Shown: positions 49,526 through 63,434 of the stretch, in pieces | How the letters are laid out: every line of letters begins with the position of its first letter | Position numbering within the stretch: position 1 is the stretch's first letter | Assembly: GCF_001194135.2 (NCBI RefSeq) | Contig: NC_068991.1 | Location: 72,460,466-72,524,465 of the forward strand | DNA from: Octopus bimaculoides | Lineage: Eukaryota | Direction of reading: 5' to 3' | DNA: 64,000 bases | Notes under the pieces: model-generated | Seen by the model: only the letters and a program-made list of their open reading frames with translations | Told to the model about the DNA's origin: nothing | Databases searched by the model: none | Position numbers and translations under genes: made by a program

Positions 49526-50483
49526 GTACAGTTCTTACCTGTTTGGAAAGATGATTGGTTCACAATTTTTCAGTGTCCTAAAAATTTTATGTCTGTATAA
49601 TGAAACTAATTCTGAATGTCTGTTAATTAACTAGAGTTTAGAAAATAAAATGTCAAGTCATTCAGACGTGCAAAATGACAGAATTTTATGCGTGGTGTAT
49701 TGTTTTGCAAAGCATAGTATTTTCCACTTCTTATTGAATGATACATTGGCTAACTTTAAATTTGGAATATAATTCAACAACAATCCGTCTGCTCTTCTGT
49801 AGCAATTTCTAAAAGTATGTGTAGGTTGATAAAATATTACTTTTAAATGAATTGGCTGTTAAACTTACATAGCATGTTGATGTGAAATGTATGTTGGTAG
49901 TGTACAATAAAACAATTCTTTGGTTTTACAATTACCATCTTGGAGACTGTTGTTGCAATTTGGACATTTACAGTTAGCTATTGTGAAGTTAGAAAATTTC
50001 GTTTTCAGTTTAGATTGATTGGAGTTTTCTAATGGTTCTGAAAAACTATATGTAGTTGAATATAAAATTTTAATATTATTTTGGTTAGAAAAGAAATGTT
50101 TAACATAGCATTTGCAAAAAAAACAAAACAAAGAAACAAAACTAGCTTTGGGTATTCATTCTCATAAATTATATAGCAAATTGTGTTACATAACATCTCT
50201 CTCTACATTTAAAAGGTGTTGGATTCATATTCATGTAGTTTTTTACATTTCCTACTTATCCATTTCATCTGATTCATAGTAATAGCTGGATGCATTGTTG
50301 AAAAATCTTCTCATTAGAAGATTAATTAGAAAATTGAATGAATTCATTTTTTAACTAAATTTCTATTTAAATTTTATTCAGAGTGGTTCAATTACACTTT
50401 GTAACAATTTTTTTTTTTTTGTCTTTGGTCAATAAGTATTATTTCCTACTTGCTTCTATCTAGGAATCAAAGGAAATGACTAC

Positions 50484-50787
50484 TATTCCCTTCAAACTTT
50501 GCTTCTGTAACCTGGACATCAATGTTTTGAAACTGACCTATTTTCCATTACATTTCAGACAGATTCAGCACTGAGTTGCTGAAGCAGAAATATTGTTATA
50601 GCAAATATTCTGCTCAATACCACAGATTTGCTTGTCAGTCGCTTGACCATAACTACTTGAGCATGGCCCTTAACTACTGACAATATATACATCATTGATC
50701 ATGAGCAGAAGTAGTGGGGGAGCATCATAGCATTATGATGAGAAGGATTTTTGGGGGTTTGAGCAAAAGCAAAGTTTGAAGGAAATA
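50484..50787. mobile_element. MITE-like element (~300 bp) with ~20-bp TIRs and probable TA flanks
   Basis: attcccttcaaactttgctt (50485) and aagcaaagtttgaaggaaat (50767-50786) are reverse complements with 1 mismatch. Confidence 0.65.
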
Positions 50788-51149
50788 TTAACCATTTTTC
50801 ATACTTTCTAGAGGTAAGCAAATAAAAAATAACAGTTCCTATTTAAGGACAAAAATTGTGTTACACAGTGTAATTTGTGGGTATATTGTAATATTGCATT
50901 TAATTATTTTTTACATATTGAGAATTTTGAAGGTTATCAAAGTTAAAGGAAACATCTAGAACATTTCAATTTTGAGTTGGGTTCCAAGTGTATTTGTGAA
51001 CCCTAAGGTTTTAAAGAAATTATGGAAAGTATCACAGAATCTATCAGTAACTTGTTGATTAAAGTTACATAATAATGATAGATCATCATCATAATATAAA
51101 TTTCCAGATGTTTGAGAATCTCATATGCAAGCCTTTTAGAATATATAAA

Positions 51150-51660
51150 CCAAGAATATCACTGACTTCTGCTAAATCTTTTGAACCCATACACATGTGT
51201 ATTTCATTGCAGGCTTCTGCAATGATTCTGGATGAGGATTGATGTAGACCAGAATGGGACCCCCTTTTAATCATTCCTTATATGAGGCCTCTCTGATGGT
51301 GATGGCACAGTGGGGTGGACTAAAAATACTCAGTAAGATTGTAGGTGATAGGAAAGATAGAAAACATACCAAACTGGGAGGTACTGCTTGTAAACCATGA
51401 ATTCTACAAGCTGCATTGTGGCTGCCCATTGATGACTGAAAGCAGTGGTTCCAAACAAGAAGTGATACATGGTGAAGGGCTCTCTTTATCTTGCATTGCA
51501 TGAAACAGCCCCTCTGGTGTCAATAACATGAAGTGGTTGATGCTGGGAGTGACAGCAGCCAGCCATGAAGGACATGTCATGGATGGCGATTATGAGTGCA
51601 ACATAGACTCTGCATGCCTTATTGCTAGGAGGCAGTAGTAACCTTGAATGAGAACCATTA
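51150..51660 (-). mobile_element. Heavily degraded RTE-like LINE remnant
   Basis: Frameshifted pieces resembling KVY.A...LL.G, HQR and W.GH..R..LPKQ. Confidence 0.35.
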
Positions 51661-51689
51661 ATGCAAGGTGTAGGGAGCATTTTATTTCG

Positions 51690-51913
51690 TTATTGCCCAC
51701 AGGGGGCTAAACATAGAGGAGACAAACAAGGACAGACAAAGGGATTAAGTTTATTACATCAACCCCAGTGCATAACTGGTACTTATTTAATCGACCCTGA
51801 AAGGATAAAAGGCAAAGTCGACCTTGGCAGAGTTTGAACTCAGAATGTAAAGGCAGATGAAATACTGCTAAGCATTTCACCTGGCGTGCTAATGATCTGC
51901 CAGCTCGCCACCC
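51690..51913 (-). mobile_element. SINE family C with an alternative tail
   Basis: Standard C head and body, but the 3' end reads tttgtctgtccttgtttgtctcctctatgtttagccccctgtgggcaat on its own strand. Confidence 0.75.
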
Positions 51914-52149
51914 TGTAGGGAAGTTTTAGTCTTCCTTAATGCTAAAAATGGCACTGTAAAAGACACCTCATCTGCACTGTAGAATATGCACAACACACCA
52001 GCATTGACTTGTTTTCTATTGCAGTGTGTTCAAGATATAAACCATAGCAAGGCATTTAACTCGTGCCAACATCGAGGGAAAGATGTAAAATGGTTATGAC
52101 ATATGTGATATGCATACACACGTGAACACATGCACACGAACCTACCCAC

Positions 52150-52199
<50 letters not shown>

Positions 52200-52742
52200 G
52201 CACTCACACACCACATACCACACACAGGTAGAACATTTAGCAGTGAAACAATGCCTCAATAATGTACTGATTTAACCCATGCTAGCATAGAAGAATGGAC
52301 ATAAAAATGAAAAAAAAAAAAAATGAAGTGAAGTAAAAGGCAAGAGTAAATCTTGGATGTATCTGTGTAAAAGAAATAAAATGTTGTTTATCAAAGTATA
52401 GCCTTCCTAAATATCTACATGTTTCTACAACTACTCACTTCTTAGCCAATGTCAGAAGAGGTAGATTCCTATAAAGCCTTAGTATAATTAGCTGTCAATC
52501 ATTAGGAATTTAATACAAAATGATTGGGACATATGAAGGGAATGAAGCAAAAGTGTTTTGTACTACCAAAACAATCTTCGGTCTTACAGAAATGGTGAAA
52601 ATATGTCTGTAATAAAACTGGAAAGACTCTAGTGAGAAAGCTATTGAGTAATTTCTGTATATTTGTGCATATATGCATGTGATTGTGTTTAGGTGTGAAG
52701 ATACATATGTATGTGTATGTGTATACAAACACACACACACAC

Positions 52743-52796
<54 letters not shown>

Positions 52797-53000
52797 CTTC
52801 GAAGATTCGCTGGCCAAAACTTCAAAGTCTCTGTCAACAACATTCTTATATAAGAATAAGGTATATATATATGTATATATATATATATATANNNNNNNNN
52901 NNNNNNNNNNNNNNNNNNNNNNNNNNNNNNNNNNNNNNNNNNNNNNNNNNNNNNNNNNNNNNNNNNNNNNNNNNNATATATATGCATGTATATATATGTG

Positions 53001-53042
<42 letters not shown>

Positions 53043-54494
53043 CATATATATGTACGTTTGTATTAATGTGAATGTGTGTGTGTATACATACATACAGACA
53101 TACACACACACACACATACACATCAACACATACCCATATATATAAATAGAAAACAAGAATCTGATATTAATATACTTATATTATAATTTGACAGTTCTAG
53201 TTCAAAGCATTATTTGAATCAATTTCTAAATATGTAGCAAATGACATCTCCCATCTAAAAAAAAAAAAAACCTCCATGAAACCCCCACCAAAAAAGTACG
53301 GAATACTATTAAATAACTATTAATTAAAGCATTAATTAAAGCAAATGATGATATAACATGAAATGAATGCATACAAATAGAGAAGGAAAAGAAAGGGGAA
53401 TTTGACATGAATGTAACAAAAGACATACAAGTTTGAAGTCTAACCAGTAACAATACACTCGACCTACAGGTATGAACTTATAACAGAAAACAGCAATCCA
53501 AAACTTACTTTATACATTAATTAAACTGATTATTTATAGTCGCTTGATTAATGGTATTTTAAAAGGATAAACATGAATTTTTGTTCAGCTTACTAAGAAT
53601 TATTTTAAAATCTGTTTTAAAGTTTATTGTGAAATATAGTAATTAATCTAATTTTAAAATTAATTTGTGTATGCATTATTCTGTTTTCTCTGTAGATTTA
53701 CTAGGATAATTTTGTGCGATTTATTTTTAATTTTATTTCTATTGATTATAGATTTTATTTGTACAACAAAGACACAAATAACATTTCTTAATAAAGTTTA
53801 AAAATCTGATTGTAGGAAATTATAAAACAAAACAATTTCAAAACAAAAAAAAAAAAAAAAAAAAAAAAGACCCCAAACTTACATTTTCAAACATTAATTT
53901 AACATTATAAATAGATTTTTCTAAACAACCACGTTTATGACTGTTGGTAATAATTTAGTATTATATGCTTAATAGAATAGAACAATGTACTGCTCCAAAT
54001 TTTATTGGCAAAGAAACTCCCCCAAAAAACCAAAAACAAACAAAAATGATATAGTTGTTTGTTTGTAATTGCTAACCAGTATTCTAGTACTAATTCAGGA
54101 TGAAACTATTTTTTCAGTGTTCATATAATGTATTGTGATGAAATTGTTCTCAGTGGCACACATACACACATATCGAGTAAAAATTATTGTGATCTTCACA
54201 TGCACATACACATATATGTAGTGACTACAAAAGAATGTTGCAAATCTAATATATCTAATAAATTCATTACTCTTAATGATAGAAAGATGAAACTAACAAA
54301 TGTAGTGTGATCAAATATGGTTTTTGTTTTTGTTTTTTTTTTCCTGGCCTGTTCAATATCCCCTTACGTGAGTAATTTTATATGTCACAGTTACTGTGTT
54401 GAATCTTCGTCTGCAAAATATATAAGGAAAAGACTGTAGCTGTGCGTGTTAGTGTATGCATCTATGTATGCATATACATACACACATGTATATG

Positions 54495-54539
<45 letters not shown>

Positions 54540-54638
54540 ATTTATATATCTATGTATATATAAATATATTACATATATATATATATATATTATATATGTA
54601 TATANNNNNNNNNNNNNNNNNNNNNNNNNNNNNNNNNN

Positions 54639-54723
<85 letters not shown>

Positions 54724-56405
54724 GCACACTTATAGACAAATCATGCATACACATATACATACATGCACACCAACATACATGGGCTTGCAGCATATCAAAC
54801 CTCAAAATTCATTTCATCCTTCCCTCACTCATAATGAAAATATTAGATATTAGCCTTGCATAAATTCTTTTGTAAAGTTGTGTTATTATGTATGTGTGTT
54901 TGTGTGTCTAAGAGAAGCTGCACTCTCTCTCTCTCTCTATATATATATATATGTGTGAGCATAATGAAAATTGCACCTCAGTATCAAAGTGACCCAGTGA
55001 CCCAAGTGATTGAAGCATTTTGCTAGGGAGCACCAGTGTTATATTTTTATTTATATTATCATTTTTATTTTTTATTTTTTTTTTTTAGTTCATTGAAATG
55101 TGACAAATTTTTTATTGGTTGAAATGAAAAGAAAAAAAAAATGTCAAGGTGTAAGAAATGGAATCACCAAATTCTATAGTCATAATTACATGGAGAAGAA
55201 CACTAAAAATCATTTTTATAGAAACAGAACATTGTTTAATGTGACGCACATGCATGATTATTTCTTCACACTGCATTCTTCTCTGTGTCACATGCAATAT
55301 AATTGGTGTAAAAAAAGAAAAAAAAACAAATGTCCCTTCAGCAATTATAGAACTGAGTAGCTAGCTATAATTTTTGCCTTTGTTGATCGATTACTTATTG
55401 AAATTATATAATGTTTCTTTTTTGTAGCTATTTGGTATTCAAGCAAGCTATAGATATTTTTAGTCAACAATAATGCTTTTTTTCTGTTAAATATTTCCTT
55501 CCTGATATCTGAAAGTAAAGTAATCTTCATGACCTTTATAATTCTTGTTTTATAAACTAGGCACTTTTTTTTTTTTTTTTGGTAATTATTACTGATTTTC
55601 ATTTAAGTTAGTAACATAATTTATATTGTTTGTTTCAAAAATACAATTCATTTTGTTTCAATTTTTGAAAAGAAAAAGAGTAAAATCTTTTAATTTCTTT
55701 TAAAATTTATTTTAAAATAAATCTCTGATATATTTTTTTAATATTGAAAAATGAAACTGAACGTACCAATCTAAGCAATTTATACATCCAGTTGGCTTAA
55801 TCTTATTGCTTTGTATTTAACTTGGTCTATGCTAATGAATTATGCTAATGAAAACACAAAAACTGGATTTAATAGTTGACATTTACAAATGTTAATTAAT
55901 TAATATCAGTTACCAATTAACTTCTAATTACCAATTAAATCACAACTGTTCAATAAAGAATATTTCATATCCATATTCTTCAACTTTTGCAATGTAGTTC
56001 ACACTTTAACTCTGTTTAAAATAGGTTTCCTCTTTATGTAGAGCATTTGTTCATTTCAGCATTTACATCTACCGGATTAATTATTTGTGTCATAATATTT
56101 ATTAAAAATATTACAGGAAGTATTTTCTCTGACATGTCCATCTGCTGTGTACAATAAACTAGTAATATGTTTCATCAATTCTTAATTGTTATAATTTATT
56201 TTACAGTTATATTTATCAAATTTAAATGCTGATTTAAATATTTAAGTGTACACTGTAGCTTCAAATGTTTAATATCACAATTTGATTATTTAATTAGTAC
56301 ATAAAATTGATTTATATACATTTATATACATTTATATATAAACATATATATGTCTGTGCACACGTTTGAATGTAGTGTATGCCAGAAGACTTGCAAATCC
56401 AATAT

Positions 56406-56550
56406 GGGTTCAAATTCCGCCGAGGTTGACTTTGCCTTTCATCCTTTCAGGGTCAATAAATTAAGTACCAGATGCATACTGGGGTCGATCTTATCGACTG
56501 GCTTCTTCCCCAAAGATTTTGGGCTTTGTGCCTAGAGTAGAAAAGGATAT
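56406..56550 (+). mobile_element. SINE family C, from the B box onward
   Basis: gggttcaaattccgccgaggttgactttgcctttcatcctttcagggtcaataaattaagtacc. Confidence 0.75.
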
Positions 56551-57842
56551 AAATGTTGATTGGTTAGTTGATTTCTTCAGTCACACTTTACATCATATAA
56601 ATAGATGGGGTGAGAGAGTAAAAGAGATATACAGAGAGTTAACCTTAAGAGGTACAGGATGAGTGCACATTCTAGGCTTGGTGACAGGCAATAAGTAAAC
56701 ATTGCTACACACAGATACAGGGGAGAGAAAAGGAATCATAAAGACAGAGGAGGAGGAGTAAATGACAGAGTAATTGTAGGAAGAATTACACAAATGAGGA
56801 ATTTGTTTTGTTTGATGCTATTTTAAGGTAATAAATATTTTTCTTTTAAAACTTAGTATTCAGTCCATTCTTTTTTATAAGTACCAAAGTAAAAGCTAAA
56901 TTATAATTATTGCATGTATGTCATATTTTCTCATATTACCCATGGTGGCAAAAGCTATACTTCCAAAATTACCTGTTATTTGGCGGGTAACATGCTAGTA
57001 TATACATAAGCATGAATATGATTAAATTTATTCCAAACATGACAAGCAGTTAGTCTTTAGACTTAGAATTCAAACAGAAACATTTATCATAATAAGCATT
57101 TTTTATAAGTTTTTAACATGATTCAAAGATTTGAAATATTGTTAGTATTCTGTTTGAAAGCGAGCAAGTAGATATAATATCACATGTAAATCTCACAAGC
57201 ATTAAATATACATCTTAAATACCACAGAAATTTCAGGAATAAATCTATTGTTATGTGTTTAGATTGTAAGATTTTTATGATGATCTAAGCAAAAATATAG
57301 TGAATCGTTCTTTGCTGTTGTATGGAGACAATGCAGCAGTGCATTGTTTGTTTTTGGGTTTTTTTTTTTGATTTCTTTTATTTTCATTAAATTTAAAATG
57401 AATTCTTTTAAAGAAATTGGAAGGTAGTTGAGTGTGTTGATATGTATATTGTAATAATTACTCATCAAAATTGACATGTTAGTCATCCTTTGGTTTTAAT
57501 TCTTCATTCTTTTGGGATCTATTAGTGGTGGCAATGGTTCATTCCTTAGAAACATGATATCCTTAGAAACATGACAAGTTGGAAACATCCTTTCAAACTG
57601 TTTAAGGTGCATACACTTATGACAAAATCTAATGCCCTACATTAACATTCTAACCATTGGACCGCCATCAAATAAATGCTCTCTGGAAGCTTAACTATGA
57701 AAGATATATATTTAGCTTTTCTTGTTTCAAGCTGGAACATTTTATTCTTTGCAGTGAAGGTAACTGATATAGATATACATGAGTCGTTTTGTTCCAACAC
57801 CTTTTTCACAACAACTGCTGACTGGTGTGTTGAAACAGATAT

Positions 57843-58204
57843 TGTTGTATTTTGGGATGGTCATTTTTCTTCTGTCTTTTGCCAAATAAACACACACACT
57901 ATGTATTCATTCTTCACTTGTTTATTGCTGTTCTTATTTTATTATTTTAACTCATGTCCATTGTCCGGAAATCTTTCATCACACATCTGTGACCTCCTCC
58001 CTGAGAATGGAATAAGCAGAGCAAGAGCACACACAAAGACAGAAAGTGTCACTGAGGAGGTCACAGATGTGTGACGAAAGATTTCAGGACAATGTACATG
58101 AGTTAGAATAAGAACAGTAATAAATGAGTGAAGAACGAACATATAGTGCATGAGTTTATTTGACCAAAAAAGAAAAAAAAAAATGACCATCTCAAAATAC
58201 AACA
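57843..58204. repeat. Long inverted repeat, arms ~150 bp (57843-57999 and 58054-58204), 54-nt loop
   Basis: Inner 39 bp have 2 mismatches (ttgtccggaaatctttcatcacacatctgtgacctcctc versus its reverse complement); pairing extends outward with small indels. Confidence 0.9.
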
Positions 58205-58861
58205 TATGTACACACACACACACACACACACACATCATTGTTTGGGTTCTAATTAAGGAATAGATTACAGAAAGCTTGGAGAGACAAAAAATATATAGTT
58301 TCNNNNNNNNNNNNNNNNNNNNNNNNNNNNNNNNNNNNNNNNNNNNNNNNNNNNTTTTTTTTTTTTTTTTGTAAATTCAAATGTTATTTAAATTAATTTT
58401 CTCCAATTAGAATTTGGAAACTTAAAAAAACAACACAAAACTTCAAAAAACAAAATTGGTATTTGAATAATCTCTATGCTGTGAAACTGTTTATTATATT
58501 TCTATGTGTACACTAACATTACCAGTGAATTAAAGTGACACAGGATAATCTTTAAAAACTAATCAGTTTTAAATACCTTGATAGCCAGCATTATTTTTAA
58601 ATAATATAAAACATGATACATATGTATCATTGTTGCATTCCTTATTCTTGTTAATTGTTATTTTAGATGAATTTAGCATGGATTAAAATAATCTCTTTGT
58701 AATGTTCACATGTTTTTTTTTGTCTTTCCTTTTTTTTTTTTTACTGTTTTTTTTTGCTCATGAATTTCAAATCTCAAATCCAGGTATTGTTAGGATTTTT
58801 TGTTTTGCTTTAGTTAAAAATTTCCATGATTTAAAACCCATCTTGTTACGAACAGACATAT

Positions 58862-59066
58862 TCATCATCATCATCATCATCATCGTTTAACGTCCGCTTT
58901 CCATGCTAGCATGGGTTGGACGATTTGACTGAGGACTGGTGAAACCGGATGGCAACACCAGGCTCCAATCTAATTTGGCAGAGTTTCTACAGCTGGATGC
59001 CCTTCCTAATGCCAACCACTCAGAGAGTGTAGTGGGTGCTTTTACGTGTCACCCGCACGAAAACGG
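58862..59066 (-). mobile_element. Family B element, young copy
   Basis: (TCA)n tail then reverse complement of the family-B body; one mismatch to 28063-28154 over about 90 nt. Confidence 0.8.
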
Positions 59067-59271
59067 TGGTGAGCTGGCATGCCAGACGAAATGCTTAGTG
59101 GTATTTCGCCCGTCACTACTTTTCGAGTTCAAATTCCGCCGAGGTTGACTTTGCCTTTCATCCTTTCGGGGTCGATAAATTAAGTACCAATGAAACACTG
59201 GGGTCGATGTAATCGACTAGTCCCCTCCCTACAAATTTCAGGCCTTGTGCCTATAGGAGAAAGGATTATTA
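59067..59271 (+). mobile_element. SINE family C, abutting the family-B copy back to back
   Basis: ggtgagctggca...gagttcaaattccgccgaggttgactttgcc...ggccttgtgcctataggagaaaggattatt. Confidence 0.8.
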
Positions 59272-59669
59272 TTACATATCAAATGTGTTGGTTTGGCAGA
59301 ATCATTAAAGCATCGGACAAAATGCCCTACGGTATTTGTTACAGCTCTTAGTGTTCTGAGTTTAAATTCCACCAAGATCAACTTTGTCTTTCATTCTTTT
59401 GGAATCAATAAAATAAAGTACATCCATTCAAGTACTAGCCACTTCAAGGTCCAATCCTTGTTGTGGTTTTGTGACTTGTGTGCTTCATTGACCCTGAGAG
59501 CTATGCCAACAGCATACAGACCTCTGATAGGGTCTCCCATGTTTGACTGGTTAAAGGACAGAGGCTAGACTAATATGGACTACCTCTTCCCAAGTGTAAA
59601 AATGAGTTTGCATAGGGCGAACACACTTGCCTAAGAAAAAGTAAAGTCATACAAGCGTTGATGACCCTT

Positions 59670-59860
59670 TAAACCCAACAAGACCTGGTGCAGGAAGGCC
59701 TTCCCTCAGGGTAACATGTGATGCAGTGTAGAAAGATCTGAAAGGCAGGGCTGAAAAAAGCTAAGGTCCAACTGGAGAGAGGCAGATAAGACAGTTCAGA
59801 GTCAAAAACAGTGGAGAAAAGTTGTCGAAGGCCCATATTTCATAGGAAGTGAAAGACTTA
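59670..59860 (+). mobile_element. RTE LINE 3' end, degraded
   Basis: GAGRPS and QWRKVVEGPYFIGSERL* at an RTE-like C-terminus. Confidence 0.5.
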
Positions 59861-60024
59861 GCGTACATTCATGTATTGGTGTCAAGGGTCTCATCTAGTC
59901 CCATCCAACTAAAATTCCAGGCCTTGTGCCTATGTTAGAATCAATTATCATTACATATCAATATCATATCCCTATTTTGAAATGATTAATCTCTGTGTTT
60001 TTGTTTTTTAAATTCTAATATAAA

Positions 60025-60350
60025 AAGGAGTAAAATTCCCCTCAGTCATAAATGGCCATGGGATTACACCTAGAAAGTTCCCCCTCTTAGGCACAAGTCC
60101 AGGCAAGGTTGATTGTGGAAGACCAGCAGTTGCCCATGCAAACCAATCTTCCCTCTCCACACCACCAGTGTTATCCAAGGGAAAGGCAAAGGGGTCGATA
60201 CAGCTTGGCACCTGTGACACAGCTGAGTGAACTGGAGCAACGTGAAATAAAGTGTCTTGCTCAAGAACACAACACACAACCCAGTCCAGGAATCAAACTC
60301 ACAACTTCATGTTCGTAAGCTTGATGCTCTAACCACTGAGCCATGCACCT
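60025..60350 (-). mobile_element. SINE family E, tRNA-derived head
   Basis: Minus strand tggctcagtggttagagc (A box), gagtttgattcc (B-box-like), ttgagcaagacactttatttcacgttgctccagttcactcagctg. Related fragments at 45075-45270 (minus) and 62932-63060 (plus). Confidence 0.75.
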
Positions 60351-60883
60351 TCACTATTCTAATATATGGACCTTTTAATTCTTCCTGAACCTACTATACC
60401 TTCAGCAAACCCTACACATCATCGCCATTTTATAATAGCATTTTTAAATCATGTAAAACACAATTTGAATATCCCACATATAACAAAACAGCTTAAAAGT
60501 ATTTTGCTGTAATTAGTTTTACTTCCAGCATTGGTTGATATTTGTTTAAAGCTTGTATGAAAATGGGATGATGTTTGAGAAACAACTAAGGTTTTGTTCT
60601 TGCAACTAGTTAAAGAATATTAGTGCTGTTATTGTACGGTCATGAAATTCTGTAATATATTCTACTCCTACTAATTCTATAACAATTAATGTAAACTTAT
60701 TTTTGTTTTAAATCCAAGCCACTTTGTAGGGATTAGCCAGTTTGGTTTGCATAAGAAACTAAAAGAAGGGTGCTGTTTCAGATACAGTTTCTTCAATAGA
60801 GTGGTCAAGTAATAACTGGTAGAAGTGAATTCTTATTTGACTAGTCTTGTGAAGGACTTGTGTCCAAAGTAGCAAGCTTTTAA

Positions 60884-61336
60884 TCCTTTTGACACCAGCC
60901 CACCTGAAACTACCTTTGGCTCTATGATTCAAACTCCTTGTTTCCCTGTTTTAAAATGATTACAGTTAAAACCTTCCATTAGAATTTCATGATATTTTAT
61001 GTTCCAAACTAGCTTAACCCTTTTGATACCAACCCAGCTGAAACCAGCTCAGGCTCTGTAGTACAAATGTCTTGTTCTCAAAAGTTCTGAATTAAAATCT
61101 TCCACTAAACCTCAGTCACAATTTATGTTCCTAACACTAGATTAATGATAACTAAGTTATTTTACTACATTCTTTGTTACATTTAAAATTAATTGAAAGA
61201 AACACAGAGCGTCTCAACAGAAATACGGTAACAAAAGGGTTAAAAATGACAAAGTTATTTTCATAAATTCGTTATTATTTTCTATATTAATTGAAACAAT
61301 GACTGTATATCAACAACAAAATGATAAAAAAAATGG
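60884..61336. mobile_element. Older family-2 MITE interrupted at an internal TTAA by 61018-61239
   Basis: Left end TTAA|TCCTTTTGACACC. Both halves align to the inner element; about 227 bp once the insert is removed; right end degenerate. Confidence 0.6.
61018..61239. mobile_element. piggyBac-type MITE family 2 (222 bp) nested in a related MITE
   Basis: TTAA|CCCTTTTGATACC...GGTAACAAAAGGG|TTAA (TSDs 61014-61017 and 61240-61243). Confidence 0.85.
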
Positions 61337-61841
61337 CTAAATTTATCACAGCTTTTTAAAACTAACTACTTACAGCCACCAAATTTATTAGTGTCTGCAA
61401 ACTATCTTGGATTTTATTATGATTATTGCTAACAAAGATCCTTATCAGTTTCCTCAGCTTTCAGATTTTTATATTTCATGTAATAAGAATATCATTTTTT
61501 TTTTGTTTTCTAGAAAACATTGGGTCATTTAATATCTTACTTGACTTTATCATGTTTATTCCTAGCCTTTTCCATTTTAAAATGTTTCTATATTTTATAC
61601 GTCTCTAAGATTCAGAAGATTTAAATATGAATTACTTTTCTGTACTTTTCTACACATGTTATAGTTGTTCTCTCTCTCTCTCCGTTTCCATCTTTCACAC
61701 AGATCCATTTATAATTACTCTCTCCCTCTCTCTTTCTCTTTCTTGCTCTCTTTCTCCTTTGCTCTCCCCTCTTGTTTGTTTTCCTTTATTCATTTTGTCT
61801 CTTTAATTTTCACTAGATTATACAGCTAAATTAGGGAAAAG

Positions 61842-61907
<66 letters not shown>

Positions 61908-61925
61908 TATATACTTGTATATGTG

Positions 61926-62139
61926 TCATCATCATCATCATCATTTAATACCCATTGTCCATGCTGGCATGGGTTGGACGGTTTGACCAGAGCTGGCAAG
62001 GTGGTGAGGCTGCACCAGATTCCAGTCTGATTTGGCATGGCTTTCTATGACTGGATGCCCTTCCTAATACCAGCCACTTTACAGAGTGTGCTGGGTGCTT
62101 TTACATGGCACCACACAGGCACTTTTACGTGATGCCACA
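61926..62139 (-). mobile_element. Family B element
   Basis: (TCA)n, tttaa, gtccatgctggcatgggttggac, ctggatgcccttcctaa, gggtgcttttac. Confidence 0.75.
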
Positions 62140-62180
<41 letters not shown>

Positions 62181-63159
62181 TACATTACATATATTATATA
62201 TATATATATNNNNNNNNNNNNNNNNNNNNNNNNNNNNNNNNNNNNNNNNNNNNNNNNNNNNNNNNNNNNNNNNNNNNNNNNNNNNNNNNNNNNNNNNNNN
62301 NNNNNNNNNNNNNNNNNNNNNNNNNNNNNNNNNNNNNNNNNNNNNNNNNNNNNNNNNNNNNNNNNNNNNNNNNNNNNNNNNNNNNNNNNNNNNNNNNNNN
62401 NNNNNNNNNNNNNNNNNNNNNNNNNNNNNNNNNNNNNNNNNNNNNNNNNNNNNNNNNNNNNNNNNNNNNNNNNNNNNNNNNNNNNNNNNNNNNNNNNNNN
62501 NNNNNNNNNNNNNNNNNNNNNNNNNNNNNNNNNNNNNNNNNNNNNNNNNNNNNNNNNNNNNNNNNNNNNNNNNNNNNNNNNNNNNNNNNNNNNNNNNNNN
62601 NNNNNNNNNNNNNNNNNNNNNNNNNNNNNNNNNNNNNNNNNNNNNNNNNNATATATATATATATATATATATAAAACTAATAGAAAAATGGAGAAAAAAA
62701 GACAAGTAAAAATCAACCAGAACGTGAGAACATGGTACATACAAAGTATTATAAGATGCTCAGAGAATGAAAGAAAGAGTTGTTGTTTTATGTTTAAAGC
62801 AAAGCTCTTCTTCGGAAACAGGAGATATAGGAAAATCCTAAAGAAAAGGTAGAAGAAGGAAAAGAATTGCCAACAGTCCATGTGTAGTTACACACACATA
62901 TATATATGTGTGTGTGTGTGTGTGTGTATGTGGAGGCACATGGTCTTGTGGTTAGTGTATTGTATTCATGATTATATTATTGTGGTTTCAATTCCTGGAC
63001 CAAGCTATGCATTGTGTTCTTGGGCAAAGCCCTTCATTTCACCCGGATCCAGTCCACTGTGTGTGTGTGTGTGTTGTGATATATATTTTACTCTTGGAGA
63101 TTATTATGGAGGATAGAAAATAGTGATGATGATGATGATGATGATGATGACAATAATAA

Positions 63160-63378
63160 TAGTCCTTTCTGATAAAGGCAGAGGGTCTGAAATCTTGGGG
63201 GAGGGGACTAGTTGATTAAATTGACCTCAGTGTTTCACTGGTACTTAATTTTTCCGCCCCAAAAAGATGAAAGGCAAAGTTGACCTCAGCGGAATTTGAA
63301 CTCAGAACATGAAGACAGGTGAAATACGGATAAGCATTTTGCCCAGTGTGCTAAAAATTCTGTCAGCTTGCTGCCTTT

Positions 63379-63434
<56 letters not shown>

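Noticed and set aside
2922-62852. Long ORFs in the supplied track rich in YIYI, THTH, CVCV, DDDD or X
   Set aside because: They are translations of microsatellites and N-gaps, not genes.
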